From IMG/VR virus record IMGVR_UViG_3300045988_009401: 5,949 nt of DNA. One strand, given 5' to 3'. The stretch's first letter is position 1; every line of letters begins with the position of its first letter. A program made the position numbers and the translations under genes. The stretch is from a virus. Shown one piece after another: positions 5,398 through 5,949 of this stretch. Below the pieces are notes generated by a model, which saw only the letters and a list, made by a program, of their open reading frames with translations, had not been told where the DNA came from and made no database searches.

Positions 5398-5443
5398 TAC
5401 GCGTGCGCGTGTGCGCGCGTCTACGCGTGCGCGTGTGCGCGCG
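5398..5443. repeat. Tandem direct repeat, 2 x 21 nt, of perfectly alternating purine-pyrimidine CG/TG sequence (Z-DNA-prone) separated by tct.
   Basis: acgcgtgcgcgtgtgcgcgcg appears at 5399..5419 and again at 5423..5443. Each copy alternates Pu-Py strictly over 21-22 nt. The AT-rich ttatataatatt lies immediately 5' at 5387..5398. Confidence 0.8.
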
Positions 5444-5481
5444 AATAAAGCCCAGTACCTTACTTGATAGGTACTGGGCTT
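5443..5481 (-). terminator. 13-bp hairpin 11 nt after the VP4 stop. It is a candidate terminator and/or an origin hairpin.
   Basis: aagcccagtacct (5448..5460) and aggtactgggctt (5469..5481) form a perfect stem with an 8-nt loop, tacttgat. On the minus-strand RNA the stem is followed by UAUUCG, which gives a weak U-run, UUUAUU. The loop together with the adjacent base reads ACTTGATA on the + strand. Confidence 0.4.
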
Positions 5482-5492
5482 GGTGACACCGA

Positions 5493-5949
5493 TTAGAGTA
5501 TACCGCTTTTTTTCGTTTGTTTTTTGGTAACGCGTTCTTTTGCTTCTAATTGTGTTTTGTAATCTTGTCCTTCCAACTGCAGTCTTTTCTGCTCTATGGC
5601 TTTTCTCTGTCTGTTTTGCTTGATCCTCCACAGCCTTTCCGGGTTTTCTTTTTCCATCATCTTTTCATAGTATCGCGGTATTTGCGCCTTTTTGCCATTA
5701 GTGCATTGAATGTAGCCTTGTCTCCATATTTCTTCTTTGTGCTCTTGATAGTAAAGATCACCCAGTCCCGGCTTAAGTGACATACACGCGAACGGTTTTT
5801 GTTGACCTAGATCATAATATGCATTTGCTTTCTTTCCGTCAATTTCATACATTTTTTTTGTAACATACCCTGCAACATATCTATATGTTTCAGGTGTTGC
5901 TTGTGCGATCTGAATTTGACCGTTTCCCCATAGCTTTTCTAGCCATTCA
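5493..5949 (-). CDS. VP4: Replication initiator VP4, C-terminal part. Positions 5851..5949 duplicate 1..99, so this is the same gene as feature 1..569 read through the circular junction. The stop codon TAA is at 5495..5493.
   Basis: The 119-aa ORF 5493..5852 of the track extends in frame, with no stop, through the 99-bp terminal redundancy. It contains KPFACMSLKPGLG, typical of Microviridae Rep C-termini. The ATG at 5852 that the track used as a start is an internal Met. Confidence 0.88.
   Translation of the reverse strand, partial: EWLEKLWGNGQIQIAQATPETYRYVAGYVTKKMYEIDGKKANAYYDLGQQKPFACMSLKPGLGDLYYQEHKEEIWRQGYIQCTNGKKAQIPRYYEKMMEKENPERLWRIKQNRQRKAIEQKRLQLEGQDYKTQLEAKERVTKKQTKKSGIL
5851..5949. 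repeat. 99-bp terminal redundancy, an exact copy of 1..99. It marks the circular genome closure.
   Basis: I compared the two ends base by base: 5851..5949 is identical to 1..99. Confidence 0.97.

Noticed and set aside
5387-5398. Perfect TATAAT on the + strand (5390..5395) as a + strand promoter.
   Set aside because: There is no acceptable -35 or TG extension, and no + strand gene downstream. I interpret it as an AT-rich unwinding block.
5111-5467. 118-aa + strand ORF spanning the non-coding region.
   Set aside because: It starts with TTG, and its sequence is a translation of the TTTCAAC iterons and the CG/TG tandem repeat (FNISTS..., RARVRASTRARVRA). I take it as a repeat artefact.
5377-5631. 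84-aa minus-strand ORF overlapping the VP4 C-terminus and running through the terminator hairpin and the Z-repeat.
   Set aside because: It is an alternate frame of Rep. The downstream half merely translates the tandem repeat (RTRARVDARTRARV), and there is no SD.
238-5780. All + strand ORFs in the track (for example 238..423, 696..899, 1303..1569, 1679..1945, 1982..2209, 2637..2870, 2927..3127, 3185..3391, 3559..3921, 3869..4054, 4306..4524, 4582..4893, 5550..5780).
   Set aside because: Each is antisense to a minus-strand gene that is supported by homology or signals. They have low-complexity, Leu/Phe/Cys-rich composition typical of antisense frames and no convincing start or SD context. Microviridae encode all genes on one strand.

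Overview
The window is one complete circular genome of a gokushovirus-like member of the Microviridae (ssDNA phage). The unit length is 5850 bp, and a perfect 99-bp terminal redundancy (5851..5949 is identical to 1..99) marks the circular junction.

All genes lie on the window's minus strand, so the window is the complement of the presumed virion strand. Read in the direction of transcription, from high to low coordinates, the genome contains, in order:

1. A near-consensus sigma70-type promoter at 5003..5031.
2. An AT-rich accessory cassette of small genes: a 72-aa hypothetical protein; a zinc peptidase of the Peptidase_M15_3 (M15A, VanY/endolysin-like) family; a 38-aa peptide; a 75-aa protein; a 48-aa highly basic, J/ORF8-like peptide that the ORF track missed; and a 79-aa acidic protein.
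3. The conserved core: a VP3-like acidic protein, the major capsid protein VP1 (554 aa), a Gly/Gln-rich VP2 (297 aa), and the rolling-circle replication initiator VP4. The VP4 reading frame crosses the window junction (569..1, continuing 5850..5493).

Each of VP1, VP2 and VP4 is followed by a hairpin with a U-tract that looks like a terminator or attenuator.

The main anomaly is a roughly 520-bp non-coding region (4971..5492) with origin-like architecture. It contains an array of about 9 TTTCAAC(A/G) octamers, a nested cluster of GC-rich inverted and direct repeats, an AT-rich block, a tandem 2x21-nt perfectly alternating purine-pyrimidine CG/TG repeat with Z-DNA potential, and a 13-bp hairpin whose loop carries ACTTGATA. 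That octamer matches the core of the phiX174 origin nick site, but here it sits on the non-coding strand.

The M15 peptidase has no recognisable holin or transmembrane partner in this small genome. Together with the cluster of tiny accessory ORFs, it is the most interesting protein-level feature.
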